Below are positions 53,753 through 63,483 of a stretch of DNA of 63,483 nt, piece after piece. Position numbers and translations under genes: made by a program. Where the stretch lies: contig CAXXQE010000005.1 of NCBI GenBank assembly GCA_963665615.2, forward strand, positions 1 through 63,483, read 5' to 3'. Under the pieces are notes generated by a model. That model did no database searches. It was not told the DNA's origin and saw only the letters and a list, made by a program, of their open reading frames with translations. The stretch comes from Syntrophales bacterium (GTDB lineage: Bacteria > Desulfobacterota > Syntrophia > Syntrophales > UBA4778). The first letter of the stretch is position 1. The number at the start of each line of letters is the position of its first letter.

Positions 53753-54750
53753 ACCCGAAACACCTTGGCGGCAATAGATATCTCATCGATATAAGCATCA
53801 GTCGGAAAGAGAGATTCCGAAAGGTTATTCATGCCAATTCTCAGCTTGAAGCTATCCAAAAACATCTAGCCTATGAATCATCGCTCGGAAAACAGGCAAA
53901 AGAACTTTACACGGTCGCTTGGATCTCCGATGAATATAAGAAATGGGTTAAAAACAATCAATCGCCGGATACGCTAGAGGATAAGACCTATTACCTGGAC
54001 GTTCATCTGGTGCCGTATTTTGGCCGGATGATGCCGGACTTCATCACCCCGATACTAGTTGAAAGGTTCATCCAGAAACGTCTTGAGCAGTCACCGGGAA
54101 AGCATCGAGAAATTAACCTTGAAATACTTTGCCTGCGCGCCATGATTCGATGGGCCAAAGACATGAAGATGTGCAACAACGTGCTCTGCCAGGTTAAGAT
54201 GCTGCCCTACAAACGCCCATTGCCCAAGCCGGTGAGCAGGAAAGATATTGACGCCGTAGTAGAGCAATTCTCCGTCAGAAACATCGCCCTTTACATGTGT
54301 CTTTACTTCGGTGGCATGAGAAAGAATGAAGTCTGCATTTTACGGATGAATCAAATCCATTTCGAGCCTGACTATATCGTAGTATTAGGCAAGGGAAACA
54401 AAGAAAGGATTGTACCGATCCACAAGAAGCTAGCAGGGTATTTGAAGGCTTATATTGAAGATCTAAAAGCGAATGGACGCTTCAAAGAGGACGGCCTTGT
54501 ATTCCCTTCCCGGCGCGGCGGTAGCGTCCTTACCGATATCCGAAAACCCCTCGAACGGGCAATCAGACTTGCCGGAGTGTCACACATAACGCCTCATATG
54601 TTCCGGCACTCTTTCGCCACCCATATGATAGAAGGAGGGGAGAATATCCGAACTGTACAGGAATTGCTAGGGCACGAAAGCGTGACCACTACTCAGGTTT
54701 ATACGCATGTTTCCGTCGAACTGCTCAAGAGGGGAATCGACAAGCTGTGA
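53749..54750 (+). CDS. int: Tyrosine integrase of the island
   Basis: GMRKNE, GKGNKER, HMFRHSFATH, LLGH...QVY; adjacent to the att site and tRNA. Confidence 0.95.
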   Translation: MNPKHLGGNRYLIDISISRKERFRKVIHANSQLEAIQKHLAYESSLGKQAKELYTVAWISDEYKKWVKNNQSPDTLEDKTYYLDVHLVPYFGRMMPDFITPILVERFIQKRLEQSPGKHREINLEILCLRAMIRWAKDMKMCNNVLCQVKMLPYKRPLPKPVSRKDIDAVVEQFSVRNIALYMCLYFGGMRKNEVCILRMNQIHFEPDYIVVLGKGNKERIVPIHKKLAGYLKAYIEDLKANGRFKEDGLVFPSRRGGSVLTDIRKPLERAIRLAGVSHITPHMFRHSFATHMIEGGENIRTVQELLGHESVTTTQVYTHVSVELLKRGIDKL

Positions 54751-54783
54751 TGTTGTCATTTGTTGTCATTTTTGGAGAAAAAC

Positions 54784-54810
54784 AAAAAGGGGTTACATTC
54801 GTAACCCCTT
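54784..54810 (-). terminator. Intrinsic terminator after tRNA-Lys (related copy at ~13416-13443)
   Basis: AAGGGGTTAC...GTAACCCCTT hairpin followed by a U-tract on the minus strand. Confidence 0.7.
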
Positions 54811-54816
54811 AATATT

Positions 54817-54892
54817 TGGTGAGCCCTGTCGGGATCGAACCGACAACCTACTGATTAAGAGTCAGTTGCTCTACCTGCTGAGCTAAGGGCCC
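54817..54892 (-). tRNA. tRNA-Lys (CTT)
   Basis: GGGCCCTTAGCTCAGCAGGTAGAGCAACTGACTCTTAATCAGTAGGTTGTCGGTTCGATCCCGACAGGGCTCACCA, 76 nt. Confidence 0.97.
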
Positions 54893-55175
54893 CTTGAGAC
54901 TGGTTTTATGGCCTCCCGTTCGGGAGAATGTGGTGCTTTATCTCAAACGAACCGCGATTGCAAGAATTTTTTCTCATCCATGCCGTTTCCCTCTGAAATA
55001 TAAGGGATATATACATTGACCTTTGCGGCCTAAGCTGGTAAAAGGTTTCATCTCATTCAAACGATCCTCTCTACAACCAAGAAGCCTTTACATGCAATCA
55101 ACCGGTAACGCCCGGGCCGCAGGCCGATCCTGCCGCCGGAGGCGGACCGCAAACAAGACGGGGGGCGATTGCTTT

Positions 55176-57101
55176 ATGAAGAAAAAGACTTTAGGTTACA
55201 AGATGATTGTGGGCGGGATCGGCATCGTGCTGATCCCATTGGTGACCGTCGGCGTTTTCTCGTCGTGGAAGGCGCAGTCGGTTATCGAAACGCTTTCCAA
55301 GGACCGGGCCACGTCCATCGCCAAGGACCTGTCCGACATCGTCCAGTTGGGCATGACGGAGCAGTTGAACATCATCAAGGCCGTCGCGGCCAACAGCGAG
55401 ATCCTGGCGGCGGCGGAACAGGTCAGGAAAGGAGCAAACACCGAGGAGGCCCTGGGCCGGATATCGAAAGCGCTCGAACTCAGCCATAAGGCGGTGGGGG
55501 ACAACTACGAGCAGATTATCTATGTCAATCCCGACGGAATCATCTCCGCCGACAGCGTCGGCGGCAAGACCAAGGGGCTCAACGTCAAGGAACGGGCCTA
55601 TTTCACGGACGGCAAGGCGGGCAAGACATCCATCGGCCAGGTCATCAAATCGAAGGCCACGGGCAACACCGTCACCATCGCCTCGGTGCCGATCCGTTCG
55701 TCCGGCGGCGAGTTCGACGGCGTTGTCGCGGCCGTCGTCAAGATCGACTACCTCTCCAACAAGATAACGTCCGTCAAAATCGGCAAGACCGGCTACGCCC
55801 TTGCCACCGACCCGAAGGGCACGGTCATAGCCCATCCCCGCAAGGAATTGATCCTCGAAAAGAACCTCACCAATGAAAAGGGCATGGAGGCCTTCATCGC
55901 CAAGGCCAATGCCCACGAGACCGGCATCGAGGAATATGTTTTCGAAAACGTCAAGAAAGTCGCGGCTTTTGCACCCGTACCCATCACCGGCTGGTCGATC
56001 ATCGTCACCCAGAATCAGGACGACCTGTACGCGGAGGCCCTCGCGATCAGGCTGGTCCTGGTCGGCGTGGCCCTGTTCTTCCTGATCCTGACCTCGGTCA
56101 CGGTGATCTTCTTCGGCCGCAGCATCTCCCGGCCGTTGATCGGCATCGCCGCGGAGATCAACGAGGCGTCGGACCAGGTCTCGTCGGCTTCGTCCCAGGT
56201 ATCGTCGGCGAGCCAGAACCTCGCCGCAGGCACCGCCAAGCAGGCGGCGGCCCTGGAGCAGTCTTCCAGTTCCCTCGACGAGATGTCGTCCATGACGAAA
56301 CAGACGGCGGAGAACGCCGCCCAGGCCAAGAAGCTGACGGCGGAAACGCAAAAGATCGTGGACCGCGTCGGCAAACTGATGGAAGACATGGCTGCCGCCA
56401 TCCGCGAGATCACCCGCTCCAGCGAGGAGACGGGCAAGATCATCAAGACGATTGACGAGATTGCCTTCCAGACGAACCTCCTGGCCCTCAACGCCGCCGT
56501 GGAGGCGGCCCGGGCCGGCGAGGCGGGGGCGGGATTCGCCGTCGTCGCCGAAGAAGTCCGGAACCTCGCCATGAGAGCGGCCGAAGCCGCCAGGACCACG
56601 AGCGCACTCATCGAGGGCACGATCGCCAACGTCCGGAACGGCAACGACCTGACCCGTTCCACCCAGGAGGCGTTCCAGGAGAACATCGCCATCGCGAAGA
56701 AAGTCGCCAACCTCATCGACGAGATCGCCGCCGCTTCGGACGAGCAGGCCCAGGGCATCACCCATGTCGCCAAGGCCGTCACCGAGATGGACAAGGTGAC
56801 GCAGGAATCGGCCGCCACCGCGGAAGAGACGGCCTCCTCCGCGCAGCAGATGAACGCCCAGGCGATGCAGATGAAGAGCAGCGTCGGCCAGCTTACGGCT
56901 ATCGTCGGCACAGACGGCGCCAGGGACGAAGAGCCCAGGAAAGCGGGAAGAAGGATCATTTCAGGACTGAAGACGAAAAAGGTGGATGTCGAACTGCCGT
57001 TCGGCAAGCAGGAGAAACTGCCCGCACCGGAAAAATCCGCGGGAAGACCCGCCGCGGTCGAAACCTCGTACCACGAGGAAGAGGGTTTCAGGAATTTCTA
57101 G
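55176..57101 (+). CDS. Methyl-accepting chemotaxis protein with Cache sensor
   Basis: Two TMs, RAYF/GYA Cache motifs, [37 protein letters not shown]. Confidence 0.96.
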   Translation: MKKKTLGYKMIVGGIGIVLIPLVTVGVFSSWKAQSVIETLSKDRATSIAKDLSDIVQLGMTEQLNIIKAVAANSEILAAAEQVRKGANTEEALGRISKALELSHKAVGDNYEQIIYVNPDGIISADSVGGKTKGLNVKERAYFTDGKAGKTSIGQVIKSKATGNTVTIASVPIRSSGGEFDGVVAAVVKIDYLSNKITSVKIGKTGYALATDPKGTVIAHPRKELILEKNLTNEKGMEAFIAKANAHETGIEEYVFENVKKVAAFAPVPITGWSIIVTQNQDDLYAEALAIRLVLVGVALFFLILTSVTVIFFGRSISRPLIGIAAEINEASDQVSSASSQVSSASQNLAAGTAKQAAALEQSSSSLDEMSSMTKQTAENAAQAKKLTAETQKIVDRVGKLMEDMAAAIREITRSSEETGKIIKTIDEIAFQTNLLALNAAVEAARAGEAGAGFAVVAEEVRNLAMRAAEAARTTSALIEGTIANVRNGNDLTRSTQEAFQENIAIAKKVANLIDEIAAASDEQAQGITHVAKAVTEMDKVTQESAATAEETASSAQQMNAQAMQMKSSVGQLTAIVGTDGARDEEPRKAGRRIISGLKTKKVDVELPFGKQEKLPAPEKSAGRPAAVETSYHEEEGFRNF

Positions 57102-57203
57102 GATCGGCCCTGCAGGAACAACTGAAAAACGGCCCCCGGCTTCAAGCCGCGGGCCGTTCTATTTTCCAAAGCGTCCTGCTTACCCCGTGATGAAAAGCGT
57201 AGC

Positions 57204-58781
57204 CTAAGAAGCCGGCTGGCCTTGGGAGGAAGGCTTTTTCCTCCTGCCGCCCCGCCGCCGGGGTTTCTTGTCCTTCTTCGCTTCGGAGGAACGCGGCGGC
57301 CGGCCGGCTGCCGGTGCCGCCTCCGGCGGCTCCTGGCTGTCGGGCGTCTGGGGCGGGGCCTGAAGGGTCCGCTGGTAATAATCGTCCAACAGCATGGCGA
57401 TGAGCGGCGAATCCATTTCCGCCTCTCCGAGGCTTCGGCCCAGGGGAATAAAACGCTGCATCCTTTCGTTCGCCAGGCTGTCGCGGGACCGCAGTTCAGA
57501 CTCCAGCGACGCCACGACCCTCTGGGCCACAATCCCTTCGATCTCCTCCTCCGTCGGAATCTTCTTCTCCACCAGGTCGATCTTGTACGTCCGGGCGATC
57601 TCCCTGAGCTTGAACTGCTCCATCCCGGCCACAATCGAAATTGCGACGCCGCTGGCCCCGACCCGCCCGGTCCGGCCGGCGCGGTGGATGTATAGTTCCG
57701 GGTCCTCCGGCGGCTCGTACTGGATGACGTGCGACAGATCCGGGATGTCGATGCCCCGGGCCGCCACGTCCGTCGCGACAAGGAAACGCAGCGCCCCCCG
57801 CCGCACGCGACCCATGACCCGCTCGCGGGCCCCCTGGGCGAGGTCCGAACTCAGTTCGTCGGCATCGTAGCCGAATCGCTTCAGGACGACCGACAGGAAA
57901 TGGACCGTCGATTTCGTGTTGCAGAAGATGATGGCCGAGACGGGATTCTCCACCTCGATGATCTTCACAAGCGACCGCTCGCGCTGCATTCCCGGCACGG
58001 TATAGCAGATATGCTCCGTGTCGGTGACATGCACCCGGTCGCGGCTCAAGCTCAGGAATTCGGGCTTGCGCATGAACTCGCCGGCAAGGCGCAGGACGAA
58101 GATGGGGAATGTCGCCGAGAACATGTAGCCGTTGATCGGCCGGGACGGCATGAGCTGCTTGATCCGCCGCATGTCGGGATAGAACCCCATGGAGAGCATG
58201 CGGTCCGCCTCGTCGAAGACGATGATCTGCAGGTGCTCCAGGGAGAGCGATCCCTTGATGAGGTGGTCGAGGATGCGCCCCGGCGTGCCCACGACGAGCT
58301 GGGCTCCCTGCCGGAATGCCTCAAGCTGCGGGCCGTAGGAGACGCCGCCGTAGACCACGGCCGTCTTCATCGGCAGGCCGTTCGCGAGCATCTCGGCCTC
58401 CCGGGAGACCTGCAGGGCAAGTTCGCGGGTGGGAACCAGGACCAGCACCTGGCATACCTTCTTTTCCATATTGATCCGCTCCATGAGCGGCAGGAGATAG
58501 GCCGCCGTTTTGCCGCTGCCGGTATGGGACTGGATCATCAGGTTCCGGCCGGCCATGACATAGGGGTACGCCCGAGCCTGGACGGGCAGGAGCTTGGTCC
58601 AGCCCGCCGTGCGGCATGCTTCCCGGAGCCGTTCGGGTAAATCGTTTAAGGTTACCGCGGTCAGGGCGTCTTCGGGCTCGATGAGCTGTTCTTCGCCCGG
58701 CGGCATCCCGTAGCCGCTTTCGGCTGCGGGCGGTTGTTCGGGCGCACTGGCGGCGTTGTTTTCATTGTTGTATTCTTCCAT
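57204..58781 (-). CDS. DEAD-box RNA helicase
   Basis: TGSGKT, PTRELA, DEAD, SAT, ARGID, HRAGRTGR. Confidence 0.96.
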   Translation of the reverse strand: MEEYNNENNAASAPEQPPAAESGYGMPPGEEQLIEPEDALTAVTLNDLPERLREACRTAGWTKLLPVQARAYPYVMAGRNLMIQSHTGSGKTAAYLLPLMERINMEKKVCQVLVLVPTRELALQVSREAEMLANGLPMKTAVVYGGVSYGPQLEAFRQGAQLVVGTPGRILDHLIKGSLSLEHLQIIVFDEADRMLSMGFYPDMRRIKQLMPSRPINGYMFSATFPIFVLRLAGEFMRKPEFLSLSRDRVHVTDTEHICYTVPGMQRERSLVKIIEVENPVSAIIFCNTKSTVHFLSVVLKRFGYDADELSSDLAQGARERVMGRVRRGALRFLVATDVAARGIDIPDLSHVIQYEPPEDPELYIHRAGRTGRVGASGVAISIVAGMEQFKLREIARTYKIDLVEKKIPTEEEIEGIVAQRVVASLESELRSRDSLANERMQRFIPLGRSLGEAEMDSPLIAMLLDDYYQRTLQAPPQTPDSQEPPEAAPAAGRPPRSSEAKKDKKPRRRGGRRKKPSSQGQPAS

Positions 58782-59107
58782 GTTTCCTCGTTTCTTGTAT
58801 CGATTATCAATAGTTTATGATTTTTGTCAGGCGTTGGGGAAGGCGTTTGGGCGCGGTCCGACATCCATAGATTTCCGTATTTATTGGGTCTTTTAAAAAC
58901 CGCAATTCCATTAACCAAGTAATAAAACAGAAAATCGCCGATATGTCAAGAATTTTAACGGAATAACAGGGAGATTCCCCGGAGAGACGACTTTCCTGTT
59001 GAATGCAGGAGTCCTGTCGTGTTATCTAAGGAACCTAGTGGTGTTGTGGCCGGTTCACCCGGAGCCGGTCTTCTTGAAATGGACCATTTCGGAAGAATGA
59101 ACAATTT

Positions 59108-59386
59108 ATGGGATACGTGTACCGTACGGCGGCTCATCCCGATGGCGCCGGGGATAAGCCCGATTACGAGATCAAGGGCGCCGACATCTACAGAACCGAT
59201 CATCATCCCCTGGGGCCCTCGACATTTCCCGAATACGTCGTTAAAAAAGGGTTGATTTTCAGGACTGCGAAGCATCCGGACGGTTCTTCAGCCCTGCCCG
59301 AATACGTGATACACGGAAACCTGATTTACCGGTCCTATTATCACTTCAAAGGCGCCTCGGAGCATGGGGAGTATGAGATCCGCTGA
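59108..59386 (+). CDS. Small repeat protein (4 x ~24 aa YRT..HP.G...P.Y.I)
   Basis: Internal repeats visible in the translation. Confidence 0.6.
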   Translation: MGYVYRTAAHPDGAGDKPDYEIKGADIYRTDHHPLGPSTFPEYVVKKGLIFRTAKHPDGSSALPEYVIHGNLIYRSYYHFKGASEHGEYEIR

Positions 59387-59603
59387 CGGCTCCCTTCTCG
59401 GGACAGGCCGGGCGGAAGGTTTTGCTCCGCGAGTGACATGGAACGGGATTCCGCCCCACGCATTGGTGCTTGCCAGCGGGCGGCAGACGCGTTAGAATGG
59501 ACGGCAAGGCAGGGGAGCTTCCCGCTCCCGGAAAGACGGGGACCTTACGGCGGAAAGCAGGCAAACAGGAACGGCACCGTGGCTTTGGTGGCTCAAGAAC
59601 ATC

Positions 59604-59816
59604 GTGATTGCCGTCTTTTCGGTTGTCTTTCTCCTGTTCGGGATCGACTCTCTGACGGCCGCCTATCGCAAAAAGAACGTATTCGAGTTTATCATGTATT
59701 TTTTCTCGTCCAATATGATTATCCTTGTTTCCATCGTCGGCATCATCTATCCTTTTTTCCAGATCCGCACCCGCTTGAAATCCCAGGACAAAAGCAGAGA
59801 TCATGAAGACATCTAG
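59604..59816 (+). CDS. Small two-TM membrane protein (true start may lie upstream)
   Basis: Two hydrophobic segments; overlaps the start of the next gene. Confidence 0.55.
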   Translation: MIAVFSVVFLLFGIDSLTAAYRKKNVFEFIMYFFSSNMIILVSIVGIIYPFFQIRTRLKSQDKSRDHEDI

Positions 59817-61332
59817 ACCGAAGCTTCTCCTTCTTTCGCTGGTTTTCCTGTGCCTTTTCGTGCGCGCCGCCGGCGCCGACGACGGGGCCGATCTGGAGAA
59901 GAGGGTCAAATCGTACACCCTGAAGAACGGACTTAAGGTCCTGCTCCTGGAGCGGCACCTGAGCCCCACCGTCTCCTTCTATATCAGGCACAGGACCGGC
60001 GCCGTGGACGAACCGGACGGCAAGACGGGCATGGCCCACTTCCTGGAACACATGATGTTCAAGGGGACGAAGACGATCGGCACGAAGGACTACCGGAAGG
60101 AAAAACCCCTCCTTAACAGGATCGCCAAGGTGGGCGGCAGGCTCGACGCCGAAAGGAAGAAGGGAAAGGACGCCGATCCGGCGCGGGTAAAGGCCCTGAC
60201 GGAGGAGCTCCGGGAACTGCAGAAGAAGGCCGGGAACCTCGTCCTCTCCAACGAAATGGACAGGCTCTACACGGAAAACGGCGGCCTCGACATGAACGGC
60301 TCCACGGGCCAGGACATGACGACGTTCAAGGTAAGCCTCCCCGCCAACAAGATGGAACTCTGGGCGCGGATGGAATCGGACCGGATGACGAACCCCGTCC
60401 TTAGGGAATTCTACACGGAAAGGGACGTGATCCGCGAGGAGAAGCGGCAGCGGACCGAATCGAGCCCCGACGGCAGGCTGATGGAGAAATTCCTGGCCGA
60501 GGCCTTTGCCGTTCACCCCTACCGCCGGCCCGTCATCGGCTGGGAAGCCGACATCCCCTTCCTCGGCATGGACGACATGAAGGCCTTCGTCAAAAAGCTC
60601 CACGCCCCGGAGAATACGGTCATTGCCGCCGTGGGCGATTTCAGGACCGGCGAAGCCATCCGCCTCATCGAAAGGTACTTCGGCAAGATCCCCCGCTACA
60701 GGTATACGCCCGCGGCCGTCCTGTCCGAACCGCCGCAGAAACAGGAGCGTCGCCTCGTTATCGACGACGACGCCAACCCAAGGCTGATCGCCGGCTGGCA
60801 CAAGCCGACGATGCCTTCTTTCGACGATTATACGCTCGATGTCGTCGAGGCTGTCCTCAGTCACGGCCGCACCTCCCGGCTTCACAAGAAGCTGATCGAG
60901 GAGACAGGCCTGGCGGAAATGGCCTATGCGTCCAACGGCTCGCCTGGCTCGCGCTACGCCAATCTCTTTACGGTCTATGCCCGGCCCCGGGCCCCGCATA
61001 CGACGGACGAGGTCGAAAGGGCCGTCTACGCCGAGATCGAGCGGCTGAAATCCGAACCGGTCGCTGCGAAGGAGCTTGAGAAGGTCAAGAACCAGATGAA
61101 GGCCGATTTCATCCGGGGCCTCAATTCCAACAGCGGCCTGGCGAACACGCTTTCCTACTACGAGTGCCTCCTGGGCGATTACCGCTACATGACTCGCTAC
61201 GGCCGGATGATTGAAAAGATTTCGCCCGAAGACATCATGGCCGCCGCCCGCAAGTATCTGACGGAGGAGAACAGGACCGTCGCCGTCATGCGCCCGGCCG
61301 TCCGCATTACGAACCAGGGGGTAAAGCCGTGA
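59803..61332 (+). CDS. M16 family zinc peptidase (catalytic subunit)
   Basis: Signal peptide; AHFLEHMMFKGT (HxxEH). Confidence 0.95.
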   Translation: MKTSRPKLLLLSLVFLCLFVRAAGADDGADLEKRVKSYTLKNGLKVLLLERHLSPTVSFYIRHRTGAVDEPDGKTGMAHFLEHMMFKGTKTIGTKDYRKEKPLLNRIAKVGGRLDAERKKGKDADPARVKALTEELRELQKKAGNLVLSNEMDRLYTENGGLDMNGSTGQDMTTFKVSLPANKMELWARMESDRMTNPVLREFYTERDVIREEKRQRTESSPDGRLMEKFLAEAFAVHPYRRPVIGWEADIPFLGMDDMKAFVKKLHAPENTVIAAVGDFRTGEAIRLIERYFGKIPRYRYTPAAVLSEPPQKQERRLVIDDDANPRLIAGWHKPTMPSFDDYTLDVVEAVLSHGRTSRLHKKLIEETGLAEMAYASNGSPGSRYANLFTVYARPRAPHTTDEVERAVYAEIERLKSEPVAAKELEKVKNQMKADFIRGLNSNSGLANTLSYYECLLGDYRYMTRYGRMIEKISPEDIMAAARKYLTEENRTVAVMRPAVRITNQGVKP

Positions 61333-62739
61333 GGAAGACACTCGCCGCCTTTCTGGCCTTCATTTTGTTGAGTCTGCCGGCCTTCGCCGCAGGCCCGCCG
61401 CTTCCGTCGCCGGAGAGTCTGCGCTATCCGCCCCTCCATTTCCGGGTGCCCCGGCCGGAGACCGTCGTCCTGGACAACGGCATCACCGTCTTTTTCTACG
61501 AGGACCGCGAGCTTCCCCTCGTCAAGGTCACCGCCCTCGTCCGGACCGGGTCCGTCTACGACCCGGAAGGCAAGGAGGGCCTGGCGGACCTCACGGGCCA
61601 GCTCCTGCGGGACGGCGGCACGAAAGGCATGAAGAGCGGCGAGATCGACGACACCCTGGAGCAGCTCGCCATCGAGCTGGAGTCCGGCATCGCCGCGGAA
61701 TCGGGCAGCGTGTCGCTTTCCGTCCTCACGAAGGACCTCGACCGCGGTCTCGATATCTTCGCCCGGATCATCCGGGAACCGGCCTTCGAAGCGGCCAAGT
61801 TCGACCTGGCCAGGAACCTGAAGCTCGAAGACATCCGCCGGATCGCCGACAGCCCGCAGCGTTTCGCCTTCCGGGAGTTCAACCGCGTCATTTACCAAAA
61901 CCACCCCCGGGGAAGGATGGCCCACGTTCGCCTCCGTCTCCGGCATCGGCCGCGAGGACCTCGTCGCATTCCACCGGCGTTTCTTCCGTCCGGCCAATAT
62001 CATGATCGCCGTAAGCGGCGACATCTCAAAGCAGGAAGCAACAGAAAGAATCGCCAGGGCCTTCGGCGACTGGAAAGAGGAAGGCCCTATCCCGGCTCCG
62101 CCCCCGCCGGTCCCGCGGCAAGGGGGCGGAGTCTATTATCTCGCCAAGAAGACACCCCAGTCGGTCGTGATCGTGGCCCACCGGGCGCCGTCTTTTCTGA
62201 CCGAAGATACTTACCCGTTCCGTATTTTCGACTTCATCGTCGGCAGCGGCGGATTCCCCTCCCGCATCTTCCAGGAGGTCCGCACCAACGAGGGGCTGGC
62301 CTACAGCGCCGGAAGCTTCTATCGGCCCCGGGCGACGGAAGGCGTCTTCAGCGCCTACGCCTTCACGAAATCGGCGACGACCGGCAAGGCCCTCTCCATG
62401 ATCCGCGCCATCGTCCGGGACGGCGCAGGTCGGCCCATCTCGGCGCAGGAATTGACCTGGGCCAAGAAGGCGGTCGACAGCGGCTTCATCTTCTCCTTCA
62501 CCTCAGCGCACCAGATCGCCTACCAGCAGATGCAGATCGCCTACGACGGCCTCCCCAAGGATCACATGGAGACCTATCTCGGAAAGATCGACGCCGTGAC
62601 GCTGGCCGACCTGGCCCGGGTCAAGGAGCAATACGTTTTACCGGAAGAAGAGATCGTCTTCGTCGTCGGCGACGATGAAGCCCTCAAGCAGTTAAAAACC
62701 GAATTTAAAGACATTATTGTCAGGGAAGGATTGTTATGA
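61329..62739 (+). CDS. M16 family peptidase partner subunit, +1 frameshift near 61921
   Basis: LDNG..V, EGLADLT in one frame; FPSRIFQEVRTNEGLAYS in the 62002..62739 frame. Confidence 0.9.
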
Positions 62740-63483
62740 CCATCGATAAAGTTTCGTTCAAGAAAATCTCCGAACGCATCGACTCCTACAGGGAGGATTG
62801 CATCCGCCTTCAGTTCGGCCTTTCGGCCATCCCCGCCCTGTCGCCGGAAAACGGCGGCGACGGCGAACTCCCCAAGGCCCGGTTCCTCGCGGAACGCCTC
62901 CGGGAACTGGGATTCACCGATATCTTCGAAATCAACGCCCCGGACAGCCGGGTCTCGTCGGGCCAGCGGCCCAACCTCATCGCCCGCATCCCGGGAAAGT
63001 GCACCGACAGGATGGTCTGGATCATGACCCATCTCGACATCGTCCCCCCCGGCGAGGCCTCCCTCTGGCACTCGGACCCGTACAAGGGCTTCGTGAAAGA
63101 CGGCCTGGTCTACGGCCGCGGCACGGAAGACAACCAGCAGGATATGGTGGCCTCCATCTTCGCCGCCAAGGCCTTCCTCGATGAAGGACTGACGCCCCGA
63201 GTCCGGCATCGGCCCTCGCTTTCGTCTCCGACGAAGAGACGGCGAGCCGCTACGGCATCTCCCATGTCCTCGCCGACCCGAAAAATCCCTTCCGCAAGAC
63301 CGACATCATCGTCGTCCCCGATTCGGGCAACGAAGAGGGCACCATGATCGAAGTGGCCGAAAAATCCATCAACTGGCTCCGCTTCCGGACCCTCGGAAAG
63401 CAGTGCCACGGCAGCCGGCCGAACGAGGGCATCAACGCCTTCCGGGCGGCGTCCTACCTGGCCGTCGCCCTGGACGAGCTTCA
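62736..63483 (+). CDS. M20 family metallopeptidase (DapE/ArgE-like), partial, two +1 frameshifts near 63195-63215
   Basis: THLDIVPPG, YGRGTEDN, then VSDEET and GKQCHGSRP after frame correction. Confidence 0.9.

Noticed and set aside
55060..55175. GC-rich leader of the MCP gene as a c-di-GMP riboswitch
   Set aside because: The conserved GEMM motifs are not recognisable.
51189..61341. Long antisense ORFs (51189..52454, 55191..56765, 59743..61341)
   Set aside because: They are shadows of GC-rich genes on the opposite strand.
61915..63220. Frameshifts in the M16 and M20 peptidases as true pseudogenes or programmed frameshifts
   Set aside because: All are single +1 insertions in short C runs of housekeeping genes, so most likely sequencing error.

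Overview
The window looks like a GC-rich anaerobic bacterial chromosome (plausibly Deltaproteobacteria/Syntrophales-like; inference only) and has three zones. (1) 1-13.4 kb: a tandemly duplicated, partly decayed cluster of PAS/MASE1/periplasmic-sensor histidine kinases and receiver proteins, ending in an integrase remnant. It is probably an older island. (2) 13.43-54.86 kb: a ~41.4 kb island integrated in tRNA-Lys(CTT) and bounded by a 65-bp direct repeat. It carries a tyrosine integrase, a Rep_3 initiator with 22-bp iterons, a Fic protein, a type I-C CRISPR-Cas locus (69 repeats/68 spacers), a serine resolvase, two IS2-like elements and a second tyrosine recombinase. It also has a lone F-type traG with a convergent entry-exclusion candidate, a parMR remnant, a nuclease-STAND plus ApeA-like HEPN defence cluster and a umuD/Y-polymerase pair. 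(3) 54.9-63.5 kb: core genes (MCP, DEAD helicase, M16 and M20 peptidases). The most striking unexplained structure is a pair of homologous CRISPR-like mini-arrays (repeat / 34-nt spacer / degenerate repeat) 19-30 kb from the main array. Each lies downstream of one copy of a perfect 55-bp inverted repeat, one in front of traG and the other in front of the integrase. This suggests a CRISPR-RNA-mimic system (regulatory guide, RNA anti-CRISPR or Cas5d processing site) wired into the mobility genes of a mobilizable element. Several +1 frameshifts, including the one in cas8c, look like sequencing errors.
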